Shown here: piece after piece, positions 41,740 through 51,538 of the stretch
How the letters are laid out: each line of letters begins with the position of its first letter
Numbering within the stretch: position 1 is the stretch's first letter
From: a candidate division WOR-3 bacterium
GTDB lineage: Bacteria > Hydrothermota > Tepidihabitantia > Tepidihabitantales > Tepidihabitantaceae
Direction of reading: 5' to 3'
Assembly (NCBI GenBank): GCA_013177935.1
Contig: JABLXZ010000001.1
Span: 386,191-450,190, forward strand
DNA length: 64,000 nucleotides
Made by a program: the position numbers and the translations under genes
The notes under the pieces: model-generated
Database searches by the model: none
What the model saw: the letters and a program-made list of their open reading frames with translations, nothing else
What the model was told of the DNA's origin: nothing

Positions 41740-43341
41740 CTACAAATCTTTCCTTCGGGCACGCCACCGTTTAACAATGCGCTCGAGGTCTGGGTTTTGC
41801 ATCCCTTCCTGCCACCAGCGCGCAAACTCAACGTCACCACTCATCGGTTTCGGATTCGGCAAGTCAACCATCATGCGCGTCGGCATCGCTACCGCCTCAC
41901 CCAGAATTAACGCTTCACCAGTTCGTAATGCCGGCAGCATATTCATCAAACCCGCCAGTGAATCGGGTACCAACCGGCGCACATAGTTCTGGTCATCCGG
42001 ATTGGTAAGCCGCATCGCAATAAATGTGTTACACTGCGAAAGAACCGTTTCCGAAAGCTCTTTAGGACGCTGACTGACGACAATCATACCGATGCCGTAC
42101 TTTCGCCCTTCCTTCGTAATTCGTTCTACCGCGCCTCTTGCTGCGGTAAACCGGCCATCGCTTCGACTGGGTACATAGTTGTGCGCCTCTTCCAGAACCA
42201 AAAGTATCGGGAACCGTTCCCGTTCTGGATTCCAGAGGTTGAATTCAAAAACCATCCGGGCAACCACCGCCACCACAACCCCAATCGCCTCGGAAGGAAC
42301 ACCACTTAAATCTATGACCGTCATCTGATGCGGCGCATTTATTGAAAGGTAGTTCTGGAGCAGTTCAATAAAACTGGCGCTGCTCGTATAAGTCCGGGGC
42401 TTGAACATAAAGTTGTACCTCGGGTCAGACAGTTTGCTGTCCAGACGAATGAGGAATTTATCAAAAACGCCATAGAGTGGACCTTCTTCCTGTTCACCCT
42501 GGGCATTGTAAACCATCTGGATGTTCCAATCCCGGAGCATGGAAATCATATCATCAAGGTCAAAATACACCGGTGAATCCGCGGTTATTGAAGAACCCAA
42601 CCCTAACCGTTCTCGTGTATCCCATGCCTGTCGCGCCCGCATTAATGAGTCGCGCAAAACAATAATCTGGTTTTTCGCGGTTGGTTCGCTCAAATCAACC
42701 GTCAGGTCAACAAACTCTTCAAAATTTAAGAGCCAGTAGGGCAACTCAACATTTTCCGCCTGAATAAGGTTTACCTGTTCGGGAAATGCTGCCGCGTACT
42801 CACCATGCAGGTCCAGCACAACGATATGGGTATTGCGATACTTCTTAATCGCCTCCTGGAGAATACTCACCACGGTACAGGATTTACCACAACCCGTTGT
42901 CCCCAGTACCGCAATATGCTGTCCAAAGAACTTATCAACATTGATGTAAACCCGCTGACTCTCCGCGCCGCTGGGCTTGCCAAACGAAAACCCGTACTCA
43001 ATAAACTCAGAAAAAATGTCATCCAGTTCACTGTCATCCACCATCTGAACCCGTTGTCCAACATTGGGATAAACCGAAATACCCCGGACGAATTTCTTGT
43101 TTTTTCCCAGGGTGCCGAGTAAAACACAATCCGCCACCTTCCTTCCTGACTTCCCATTTTCCATTTTAATACTGGAAACCAGCCCGATGACACGATAATC
43201 CTGAAAAGAGATTTTAACATAGGAACCAGGTTGCCCCGGGTAATAACCATTACTCAACGGTACAGTGGTATCAACCGTCAAATCAACCAGTGCCCGTTCA
43301 CCATTGACTTCCGTAACATACCCAATATCAACCTGCCCCAT
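41740..43341 (-). CDS. HerA-like ATPase (HAS-barrel plus FtsK/HerA-family P-loop domain, DUF87-type), orphan
   Basis: N-terminal HAS-barrel-like segment (VDIGYVTEVNGERALVDL...). Walker A GTTGCGKS and Walker B ILLVLEEAHNYVP of the hhhhDEAH type. No NurA, Sir2 or DUF4297 partner within 20 kb. Confidence 0.65.
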   Translation of the reverse strand: MGQVDIGYVTEVNGERALVDLTVDTTVPLSNGYYPGQPGSYVKISFQDYRVIGLVSSIKMENGKSGRKVADCVLLGTLGKNKKFVRGISVYPNVGQRVQMVDDSELDDIFSEFIEYGFSFGKPSGAESQRVYINVDKFFGQHIAVLGTTGCGKSCTVVSILQEAIKKYRNTHIVVLDLHGEYAAAFPEQVNLIQAENVELPYWLLNFEEFVDLTVDLSEPTAKNQIIVLRDSLMRARQAWDTRERLGLGSSITADSPVYFDLDDMISMLRDWNIQMVYNAQGEQEEGPLYGVFDKFLIRLDSKLSDPRYNFMFKPRTYTSSASFIELLQNYLSINAPHQMTVIDLSGVPSEAIGVVVAVVARMVFEFNLWNPERERFPILLVLEEAHNYVPSRSDGRFTAARGAVERITKEGRKYGIGMIVVSQRPKELSETVLSQCNTFIAMRLTNPDDQNYVRRLVPDSLAGLMNMLPALRTGEALILGEAVAMPTRMMVDLPNPKPMSGDVEFARWWQEGMQNPDLERIVKRWRARRKDL

Positions 43342-43420
43342 TACTTCCTCCTTTCAATCCTCTTATAAATAATTATATCAAAATTAAACACCCAGGTAAA
43401 ACTAAGAGTGAAATTACTTA

Positions 43421-44098
43421 TTAGCTGCCTCTCTTTTGCTTTTTACCCCGCGCCACTAATGCCCGATTCAACCAATCCAGCCACTGGTCAACACCTTCTC
43501 CGGTACGCAACGAAATGGTCAGAATCGGCACCCGGGGCTTTAACTTTCGCACCGCCCGCTTGAAGTCGTCGAGCCGGAAATCAACATAAGGCAGGAGGTC
43601 AATTTTGTTGACAATCACAACATCAGATTTTGAAAACATCAAGGGATATTTAATCGGTTTGTCGCTACCTTCTGGTGTTGAGACTATGGTGACATTGTAA
43701 TGGGCGGGCAACCGAAACTCTGCCGGACAAACAAGGTTGCCGACATTCTCAATGATTAAGAGGTCAATATTCTTCAAATCAAGCAAGGGGAAAACCGATG
43801 CCAGCATCAAACCATCAAGATGACAAGCACCCTGCGTATTAATCTGTGTACAACCCACACCTTGCGCAATTACCCGACGGGCATCAAGGTCACCCTGAAT
43901 ATCGCCTTCAATGACCCAGATGCGCCAGCGGTCCTTCAACGCCGCTACGGTCTTTTCCACTAAACTGGTTTTACCCGCTCCCGGTCCAGACATAATGTTT
44001 ATTCCCAAAACCCCATAGTTATTTAACTGATTAAGCTGTTCTTCTGCCAGCGCATCGTTACTTGCCAATACCCGGCGCATCAATTTTAACTCTTTCAT
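43421..44098 (-). CDS. hypB: Hydrogenase nickel incorporation GTPase HypB (G3E family)
   Basis: G1 motif MSGPGAGKTS, the HypB-type ENVGNLVCPA motif and the C/H pair GACHLD. Start taken at the ATG overlapping the purA stop (ATGA); the track extends to 44125. Confidence 0.7.
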   Translation of the reverse strand: MKELKLMRRVLASNDALAEEQLNQLNNYGVLGINIMSGPGAGKTSLVEKTVAALKDRWRIWVIEGDIQGDLDARRVIAQGVGCTQINTQGACHLDGLMLASVFPLLDLKNIDLLIIENVGNLVCPAEFRLPAHYNVTIVSTPEGSDKPIKYPLMFSKSDVVIVNKIDLLPYVDFRLDDFKRAVRKLKPRVPILTISLRTGEGVDQWLDWLNRALVARGKKQKRGS

Positions 44099-45408
44099 TC
44101 TCCCCTCCCAAAATTTTTCAGCCACCTTAATCTCCTAATATTTACCGGAACAATCGCCCTTCGTTCACTTCCCACTGAAACCAGCGCCACTGGACAATTT
44201 ACCAGTTCTGCGATTTTTTCAATGTATCGTTTGGCTTGAATGGGTAATGACCTGTAAGTTCGGCAATTAGTGGTTTTCTCCCGCCATCCGGGCAAAGCTA
44301 TAAACTCCGGCTGTAGGTCTGTCGCTAAAAATGGGTCAAATTCCAAAATCCTCTTCCCCTGATAACGATAACCAACGCACACCTTTATTTCACTAAGCGA
44401 ATCCAGAACATCAAGTTTCGTCAGAACCAACGCGGTAAGACGGTTGTAACGAACTGCGGCTCGAACCACCCCGGCATCAAACCAACCACATCTCCGTGGT
44501 CTTCCGGTTGTTGCCCCATATTCGCCCCCCAGTTCACGCAGTAGCGCCGCCTCATTCGCCTCCAGTTCAGACGGAAATGGTCCGGCACCTACCCGTGTTG
44601 TGTATGCCTTTGCCACACCCACCGCTTCCTCCAGCCACAATGGACTTATCCCGCTGCCCGTTGCCGCACCTGCCACCACAGTGGAAGATGTCGTAACAAA
44701 AGGATAACTACCCAGGTCAATGTCCAGATGAGTTCCCTGAGCACCTTCAAACAGAATCCGTTTATCAGTTCTAAGGGCGCGTTCAAGTACCACTGTTCCA
44801 TCTCCTACCATCGCCGCGAGGTTTCTGGTCAATGTCCATAGCTCCTGACCCAGTTCCTTAAAAGAAATCGGTTCTGCCCGGTACAACTCCATCAAGCGAA
44901 AATTTGCCGCCGCCACATTCCTGCGTAACTTGTCCATAAACAAGTCCTCGTTCAATAAGTCACCGGCTCTAATACCAACCCGGGCATATTTGTCTTGATA
45001 TGCCGGACCAATACCCTGACCGGTCGTGCCTATCTTTTTCTCTGCCAGCTGCTCCTCCTGCAAACGGTCCAGTGCCTTGTGATAAGGAAAGATTATATGA
45101 GCCCGACGGTCAATGAGCAAACGTTTGGTTACATCTTTTCCATTTTTCTTCAGTAATGTCAGTTCATCTTCGAGGCGATAAGGGTCAACAACACAACCGC
45201 AACCAATAATCCCCTTGATACGCGGTTGTAATAGACCGGACGGAACCTGATGAAAAGTAAGTTTATACCTACCCCAGCAAACCGTGTGTCCAGCATTCGG
45301 TCCCCCTTGAAAACGAACAACAATCTGGGCACCCTGCGCCAGAAAGTCAACTATCTTGCCCTTACCTTCATCACCCCACTGGGTTCCGATTACTACCAGG
45401 TTAGGCAC
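44095..45408 (-). CDS. purA: Adenylosuccinate synthetase
   Basis: N-terminus VVIGTQWGDEGKGKIVD plus GTP- and IMP-binding motifs throughout. Confidence 0.95.
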   Translation of the reverse strand: MPNLVVIGTQWGDEGKGKIVDFLAQGAQIVVRFQGGPNAGHTVCWGRYKLTFHQVPSGLLQPRIKGIIGCGCVVDPYRLEDELTLLKKNGKDVTKRLLIDRRAHIIFPYHKALDRLQEEQLAEKKIGTTGQGIGPAYQDKYARVGIRAGDLLNEDLFMDKLRRNVAAANFRLMELYRAEPISFKELGQELWTLTRNLAAMVGDGTVVLERALRTDKRILFEGAQGTHLDIDLGSYPFVTTSSTVVAGAATGSGISPLWLEEAVGVAKAYTTRVGAGPFPSELEANEAALLRELGGEYGATTGRPRRCGWFDAGVVRAAVRYNRLTALVLTKLDVLDSLSEIKVCVGYRYQGKRILEFDPFLATDLQPEFIALPGWREKTTNCRTYRSLPIQAKRYIEKIAELVNCPVALVSVGSERRAIVPVNIRRLRWLKNFGRGE

Positions 45409-45422
45409 AATTCCCTTGTTGT

Positions 45423-46547
45423 TTAAAACTGGTAGGAAAAGGAAAACTTGTAGTTAGTCGTAGGGAAGTCGTAGATGAACTGGTCAACACCGAGGTCAAA
45501 CTGAAATCGCTGAAATTCAATGCCGCCGCCGACAGTAAATCCTAAGGATTTGAACTTACCCAGACCACGCCGGGTAATGACATCCCAGAAACTGTAGTGG
45601 TAGGTGCCCTGCCCTTCGCGCTCGAACACAACCCCACCTCTTTGACCGGTGATGTCTTCAAAATAACCGGCGCGCAGAAAACCGGCGACCGGTCCGAAGC
45701 GCGCTCCGGCTTCAACACCGAGACTCTTCCAGGCATCACGCCATTCGCTGGAGAGCTGCTGGCTGAAAGGTTTTGTGGAATCGGAAAACGCACCAACCAG
45801 AATCTTGGAAATTTCCGGCGTAATGCAGAGAGAAAAGATTTCATGTTTTAAGGGGTAATATGCTAAACCCACCCGTAGCATCCGCGGCAACGGGTCCGAT
45901 TCACCAGAAGAGGTGTAAGAGATATTCGGACCAAGGTTTGCCACCGCCAATCCCACAGAGAGAAAGTCAAACGGTTTGTAAAGGGCACCAGCATCAAACG
46001 CCCAGGTAATGCCGGTTCCGCCTTGCTCAATGCCCAGTTCGGGCATGGCTTTCCATACCCAATCAGGAACCAAAAAAGAGTAGATTAGCTTGGCAGACAA
46101 TCCCACACCTAAATTGGGCAAAACCGGAAACCCATATGCCAGGGTCGGTGCCAAATCAAAAGTTGTGTATCGACCAAGAAAATCACCCCGCTCGTTTATT
46201 ACATCGGTTTCGCCCGTTGTAAGATAAATAATATTCAAACCCGCAGTTCCCCGTTCCTGAAGACTGTGCGCCATACCGAGATACTCATAATACATCCCGG
46301 GCCAGAGTCCAGGCAACCAGTTGCAGTGCATCAATGTTGCATTTGTTCCCTTAAGGAATGCCAACCCACCCGGGTTATAATAAACACTTGAGGCGTCATC
46401 GCTGATTGCAGTAAAGGCGCCGGCAAGTGAGGTGGGCCGCGCGGCGGGCCAAATCATTAAAAATACCGCACCGGGATTCTGACTGGCATAGAGTCCTATC
46501 GGGCTGACACTGAGGACCAATACCAGCCAGATAATTCTTCGTTTCAT
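45423..46547 (-). CDS. porV: T9SS outer-membrane protein PorV (LptO)-like beta-barrel
   Basis: Signal peptide, 14 or more amphipathic beta-strands, and the PorV-like N-terminal region (SSVYYNPGGLAFL). Ends in an aromatic residue (F). Lies immediately downstream of porU, as in Bacteroidota. Confidence 0.55.
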   Translation of the reverse strand: MKRRIIWLVLVLSVSPIGLYASQNPGAVFLMIWPAARPTSLAGAFTAISDDASSVYYNPGGLAFLKGTNATLMHCNWLPGLWPGMYYEYLGMAHSLQERGTAGLNIIYLTTGETDVINERGDFLGRYTTFDLAPTLAYGFPVLPNLGVGLSAKLIYSFLVPDWVWKAMPELGIEQGGTGITWAFDAGALYKPFDFLSVGLAVANLGPNISYTSSGESDPLPRMLRVGLAYYPLKHEIFSLCITPEISKILVGAFSDSTKPFSQQLSSEWRDAWKSLGVEAGARFGPVAGFLRAGYFEDITGQRGGVVFEREGQGTYHYSFWDVITRRGLGKFKSLGFTVGGGIEFQRFQFDLGVDQFIYDFPTTNYKFSFSYQF

Positions 46548-46610
46548 TGCAATACCTCCTTAAACATAACTACATTAAAAGTATAAATAGTTACCTGCTA
46601 TGGTCAACAA

Positions 46611-49600
46611 TTACCGCACAATAAGAAACTTATCGCGTACCGTTACACTCTCCCCTTTCCCATCAAGATAAAAACTTTTTGCCCGCAGACTAAATAGGTA
46701 AACCCCATTGGGCAAAAGATAACCATTTTCGTCTCTTCCATCCCAAGCAATCTGGTTGTAACCAAAACTAACCGCAAAATCTCCCAGATTACGAACCAAC
46801 CTGCCGTTTAGTGTATATATCCGGATTTGAACTGTTCCTGGTTGACTTGCCACGAACCCAAACACCGCACCGTTTTTTACCGGATTGGGGTAAACAGCGA
46901 CCGAATCAATTCGAAGAGTCGTGGCAAAAAGCGGCTTCAGGATTAGTTTTGCTATTGTCCGGTTAAGAAAGTTGTCGGCAACAACCACGAATAAAGTCTC
47001 AGTTGCTTTGCTTAAACTCAACTCAATATGCGCACGAGCCGTAGTATAAGAACTGTCGTCAAATTCGAACCGGTCACTTATATCAACAGCCGATTGTGTT
47101 CGATTAAGATAAAAGTGAGGCGCCATACCGGGAACCGGGGCAATCAAAATCCCCGATTGGTCCTGGGCAATAATATCAAGTTGTAAATTTGCTGGTACAG
47201 CAGCACTGTCCTGTAACTGACGTCCCCGATAAGAGAAATCAATCTCGGGTCCATTATAATCACCCCGGTTCGATATACTGTCATAAAATGGAATGTTATA
47301 TTTAACCAAGCCAAGATTAACCGATTCGCTTCTGACTTGAGCGCTGTACCGACACGAATTGGCAAGCGGTGCATAATAGCCATTACCGGCAAAAACGGTG
47401 TCGAGCGGAATACCAGCCGGGAAAATGCCTTCACAGTAAAATCTACCATCTTTTACTCGGAAAGTCCCCCTTGCCAGTTCCGGCCCAGAAAGAAAGTAGT
47501 TTACAACCCCCACTGGTGATTCATAGTACCGGTGCCGCAATGGACCAAAAAGCCGCCATTCAGCATCAGCATCGGTTAATTCAACAATCGTCCGAGCCCG
47601 AAACACTTTACCAGGGTGCAGTGTTTCTGGGGAAATATGCAAATTCTGAGTGGACATCGTAGGCAGTTTGAGGACCGTTGCCGGGTCGCCAAAGAGATGA
47701 TAACTCCGGTCAGTTACCCAGGCTTTAAAGAAACAGTAGCCTATAGTCCTTATGCTTTCGGGCGGAAAAAACAGTGGTGTCAATAGATTGCGAGCAAAGA
47801 CAAGATTGTTTCCGGAAGGTGTCGCGGTTGACGCCGCAACCGTTGCCACCGTCCCGCCGTTCATTCGAACCAGCTCTTCGGCAATGCATTCGGACCGCGT
47901 ATCATCAAATCTCCCAACCGAACAACTACCCAGAAAACAGAACGGAACTCGATTTTGATTGTCGATGTCCGAAACGCGGGTTACAGTGAAAACCTCTTCA
48001 TGCGTAAGCGAGTAAGGTGAACCATGACCGAAAAATACCCAGATTAACGCCCCAATGTTCAACTGGCGGATAAGTTCGTTGTTTGCCTGGGGTTTACTTT
48101 TGGGACCAAGAAATGGAAATTCTGTAAGATACACCTTTACCGGGTCCAGCCGATTTTCCGCCAGTGCTGCTATACCTTCGCACTGCTCAATATGTCGGAA
48201 GCGTAGTTCGTCGGGCCGGTCCGGATAACGCTGATACTCGTCATCAGCCATTAAAAGAAATCTTCTTGTCCAGTATCCATTACTCCTGATTTCATACTGC
48301 ACCAATTTGTCAACAAATTGCCTGAATTCACCCTCACTTCTTGCACACACCCGACCGAGAATGATATCCGGGCTCCCACCTTCGCCCTCTAAATCGGCAT
48401 ACCAAACATCCTGCGCCAGCGCGCTGCGGTCACCGGCATCAGGCACAAGCCCGAATCCAAACTCATAAGCAGGAACACCCGGCGGCTGGACTCTGTTAAG
48501 GTTGTTTTTATAATCATATGTCCCATCACCAACTAAAAGGGCATAAACCGGACGTTTAATCCGAAAGAAGCGTTTGATTGCTCCGGGCTCCTCCAGACCA
48601 AAACCAAAGTCGTCGTAAATTTCCTGAAGATTAACCACCCGAACCCGGGCATTGGGAATACCGGCAATTCGATTGGAACGAAACCGCGCCAGTTCCTGCG
48701 CCGATTGCATTAATTCTGACGGCGTTACTATCCAGTAATCAGCCAGAAATGTTTCACTCCATAGAAAACCGGGAGTTTTCAGTTCCATAGCCTTGGGTTT
48801 CAAAAACTGCTCCGGGGTCGCAACAACAAATTCGGTCCATCCCAGCAACCGTCGGCTGAACACCACACTGTCACCCCGTTTTTCCAATCCTAAACACACC
48901 GCCGGGACGTAAGGGTCAGTTACATCAAAAACTACCGGCACCGTGCTCGCATCCTGAATTAAAAATCGGCAGTCACCAACCGTATCAACAAAAAAGTTGC
49001 ACGGACCGGCAAACAGCGACAATCGACAAAAATATTTGACCTCAAGGTAGTCAAGATAAACTTTCTTTTCACCGCTGCCGCGCAGTTCAATTGCTAATTG
49101 ATTATCCCGAAAAGGCACCGGTCCAATCGAGTCAATAGAGAAATCGTAGGGGCTCGGGTAAGAACTGGAACCAAACTGAAAATTCCCAATTGCCCTGCCG
49201 TTTAAGCGAATGGTTATCTCATTACCCGCTGATGCACTGTAAAGCCGCCCGGAAATCTCCTCAATCTGTATCGGATAGTTAAGACCAAGAGCGCAGGTGA
49301 ATCGGGCAACCGAAACATCCGCCGCTTTGAATATCTTTGCCCAGACCCACATTAATCCAGCTCGGGCTGGACACTCCAGGTCAAGCTCTTGATGAAGCAT
49401 AACCCCGCCGGATTGTAAAATCGGCGTTCCTGTGGTATCAGGCCCAAAACCGCGACGCATCCTCTTCCCTGAACCACTCCAGGTTAGCCAGTAAACATTA
49501 TCCCTAATGTACAAATTTTTCACCCAGACCGAACATTTGTTAACCCAGTGGTCCGGTGCCAATCCATAAAAGAGTATCGTATCGTGAAGGTCAAACCTTC

Positions 49601-50492
49601 CGTCATCATCACCGGTAACGAAAATTGCCACTGGTTGCAAAGAATCAGGATAAGGACCATTAGGTTCGTGTTCCCCAACTGTCCAAAGGGCAAGCGCCTG
49701 CGGGTCTAAACCATTTATCGGCACACCAGCCCGAGCAAGCTCGGCACCAGTAATTCGGTAAATGCCCGTGGTACCGACTTTAATTTTCAACCATTGACGA
49801 GCACGTTGGTAAGGGTTGTTGGTAAGACGACTTGATTTCAACTTCCAATTCAACGCCTCTTCGCCATTCAGAAGCATTCCGCCAATAAGTCCATCAAGCG
49901 GGTCAGGAAGAGAATTGACCTCGGGGACCGCCTGGAACTTTACCACCACCTTAATCTCATCAAACCAGACCAATTTTCTTTTCACGGGCTGATACTGAGC
50001 CGGATAAATCTTCAAAGTTATAAACCGCACATCGCGTAGCACCTCAATCTGCCCAATCTCTACAACCGAATCTGGATACACTGCAGGGCTATCTTCTTCC
50101 CCAGCGCGCCAGACCGAATCGGCTTCAAATAGAACATAAGGAACCCGCCTAAGGGTAAAATTTTCTTTTACACCGCCCGTCTTTGCGTTGAATTCTACCC
50201 TTACACCGCCGCGCTGGGGCAAACCGATGCGCACAACCTTTGCCGGCAGGTCATAACTGCCAAGAGATGCGATAGGCTCGGCGTCAGGAAACTCAATCCG
50301 GCCCCAATTACCATCTTCGTTTTGCACCAGTTCCCCGGGTCGATAAACAAACGAAACCCCGTGCTCGTCGGAACTTAGAATCTGAATGTCCGCTTTAAGA
50401 CTGACCGGGAACAAAATCAGTAAAAACCATATTGTTCTAAAATAGAAGCGCACCAATGTAAAGTAGTTTATTTCAATATGACAACAAGTCAA
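46611..50492 (-). CDS. porU: T9SS C-terminal signal peptidase PorU-like (peptidase C25 / gingipain fold, 1293 aa) with its own T9SS C-terminal domain
   Basis: C25 catalytic motifs (FGHGSP His; LGSCSVGRF Cys). Length about 1200-1300 aa. The C-terminus VYPNPVKNGAVFGF...GVYLFSLRA...KFLIVR is a T9SS C-terminal domain. The true start may be a TTG/GTG just before the signal peptide RFYFRTIWFLLILFPVSLKA. Confidence 0.6.
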   Translation of the reverse strand: MTCCHIEINYFTLVRFYFRTIWFLLILFPVSLKADIQILSSDEHGVSFVYRPGELVQNEDGNWGRIEFPDAEPIASLGSYDLPAKVVRIGLPQRGGVRVEFNAKTGGVKENFTLRRVPYVLFEADSVWRAGEEDSPAVYPDSVVEIGQIEVLRDVRFITLKIYPAQYQPVKRKLVWFDEIKVVVKFQAVPEVNSLPDPLDGLIGGMLLNGEEALNWKLKSSRLTNNPYQRARQWLKIKVGTTGIYRITGAELARAGVPINGLDPQALALWTVGEHEPNGPYPDSLQPVAIFVTGDDDGRFDLHDTILFYGLAPDHWVNKCSVWVKNLYIRDNVYWLTWSGSGKRMRRGFGPDTTGTPILQSGGVMLHQELDLECPARAGLMWVWAKIFKAADVSVARFTCALGLNYPIQIEEISGRLYSASAGNEITIRLNGRAIGNFQFGSSSYPSPYDFSIDSIGPVPFRDNQLAIELRGSGEKKVYLDYLEVKYFCRLSLFAGPCNFFVDTVGDCRFLIQDASTVPVVFDVTDPYVPAVCLGLEKRGDSVVFSRRLLGWTEFVVATPEQFLKPKAMELKTPGFLWSETFLADYWIVTPSELMQSAQELARFRSNRIAGIPNARVRVVNLQEIYDDFGFGLEEPGAIKRFFRIKRPVYALLVGDGTYDYKNNLNRVQPPGVPAYEFGFGLVPDAGDRSALAQDVWYADLEGEGGSPDIILGRVCARSEGEFRQFVDKLVQYEIRSNGYWTRRFLLMADDEYQRYPDRPDELRFRHIEQCEGIAALAENRLDPVKVYLTEFPFLGPKSKPQANNELIRQLNIGALIWVFFGHGSPYSLTHEEVFTVTRVSDIDNQNRVPFCFLGSCSVGRFDDTRSECIAEELVRMNGGTVATVAASTATPSGNNLVFARNLLTPLFFPPESIRTIGYCFFKAWVTDRSYHLFGDPATVLKLPTMSTQNLHISPETLHPGKVFRARTIVELTDADAEWRLFGPLRHRYYESPVGVVNYFLSGPELARGTFRVKDGRFYCEGIFPAGIPLDTVFAGNGYYAPLANSCRYSAQVRSESVNLGLVKYNIPFYDSISNRGDYNGPEIDFSYRGRQLQDSAAVPANLQLDIIAQDQSGILIAPVPGMAPHFYLNRTQSAVDISDRFEFDDSSYTTARAHIELSLSKATETLFVVVADNFLNRTIAKLILKPLFATTLRIDSVAVYPNPVKNGAVFGFVASQPGTVQIRIYTLNGRLVRNLGDFAVSFGYNQIAWDGRDENGYLLPNGVYLFSLRAKSFYLDGKGESVTVRDKFLIVR

Positions 50493-50575
50493 TTTTAAGA
50501 GCCCTCTCTGGTTCTATAACGACAATTGCGCTATAAACCCTTCTTGACTCATTTAATTGAAACTCTATACTCATT

Positions 50576-51538
50576 TTGCAAATGGCAATTCACCCCAAAT
50601 ACCGCAACCTATTAAAGGCACTTCTTTATCTTTGCCCGGCATTGCTCATCCTGCTCATCTTCCGAATTTTCCCGATTTTACTGTCGGTTCGTATGAGTCT
50701 CTACGATTGGGGTATGGCAGGACCCCGTGCCTTCCTTGGCTTGGGTAATTACATTTCCGTACTTAAAGACCCGCTTTTCTGGAAGTCACTTTTGAACACG
50801 CTCTGGTATGTTCTATTTGAGGTACCGGCAACGCTACTTTTATCACTTTGCATCGCCCTGTTACTCAATCAACGGATTCGGGGATTAAGCATTTACCGAA
50901 CAATTTATTACCTGCCTGTTGTTACTTCCATCGTTGCCGTTTCGGTGGTGTGGAAGTGGATATTCCATCCCGACCGGGGCGTACTCAACTATCTATTATC
51001 ACTTATCGGCATCTCAAACATCCGCTGGCTTCAAGACCCCCGGGGGATTTTTGAGTTAATATTTGGACCAACAGTTGCTCACTGGCCCTACGCCTTGCGC
51101 GGTCCATCTATCGCCCTTTGTTCACTGGTCTTGATGGGCATCTGGAAGGCTCTGGGCTACAACATCGTGATATTTCTTGCTGGATTGCAGAACATCCCTC
51201 AAACCTATTACGAGGCAGCGCGAATTGACGGTGCTTCACGATTCAAAACCTTCTGGAAAATCACCCTGCCTTTGCTTTCGCCGACAACTTACTATGTGTT
51301 GATTATGAGTTCAATCGCCGCATTTGAAACCTTTGCCCAGGTTTGGATTATGACCGGACCACCACCAGGTGGTCCACTTCATACAACCAAAGTGGTAATG
51401 TACTACTTCTATGAAAACGCCTTTGAACTCTGGCGCCTGGGTTACGGTGCCGCAATTGCCTTCATCGCGTTCCTCATAATTCTGGGTCTTACCATCTTAC
51501 AAAGGGTATTTTTGGAAAAGAGGGTTCATTATGGTTAA
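50576..51538 (+). CDS. Carbohydrate ABC transporter permease (MalF/UgpA-like)
   Basis: Six TM segments and the EAA-loop region (EAARIDGASRFKTFWKITLP). Confidence 0.8.
   Translation: MQMAIHPKYRNLLKALLYLCPALLILLIFRIFPILLSVRMSLYDWGMAGPRAFLGLGNYISVLKDPLFWKSLLNTLWYVLFEVPATLLLSLCIALLLNQRIRGLSIYRTIYYLPVVTSIVAVSVVWKWIFHPDRGVLNYLLSLIGISNIRWLQDPRGIFELIFGPTVAHWPYALRGPSIALCSLVLMGIWKALGYNIVIFLAGLQNIPQTYYEAARIDGASRFKTFWKITLPLLSPTTYYVLIMSSIAAFETFAQVWIMTGPPPGGPLHTTKVVMYYFYENAFELWRLGYGAAIAFIAFLIILGLTILQRVFLEKRVHYG

Noticed and set aside
43421-44125. Alternative call of the G3E GTPase as urease accessory protein UreG
   Set aside because: The motifs ENVGNLVCPA and GACHLD match HypB better, and no urease genes are nearby. 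Still listed as a HypB-family call with moderate confidence.
47144-47989. Antisense ORFs within porU
   Set aside because: Same reasoning. They are embedded in a 3.9 kb CDS with recognisable C25 motifs.
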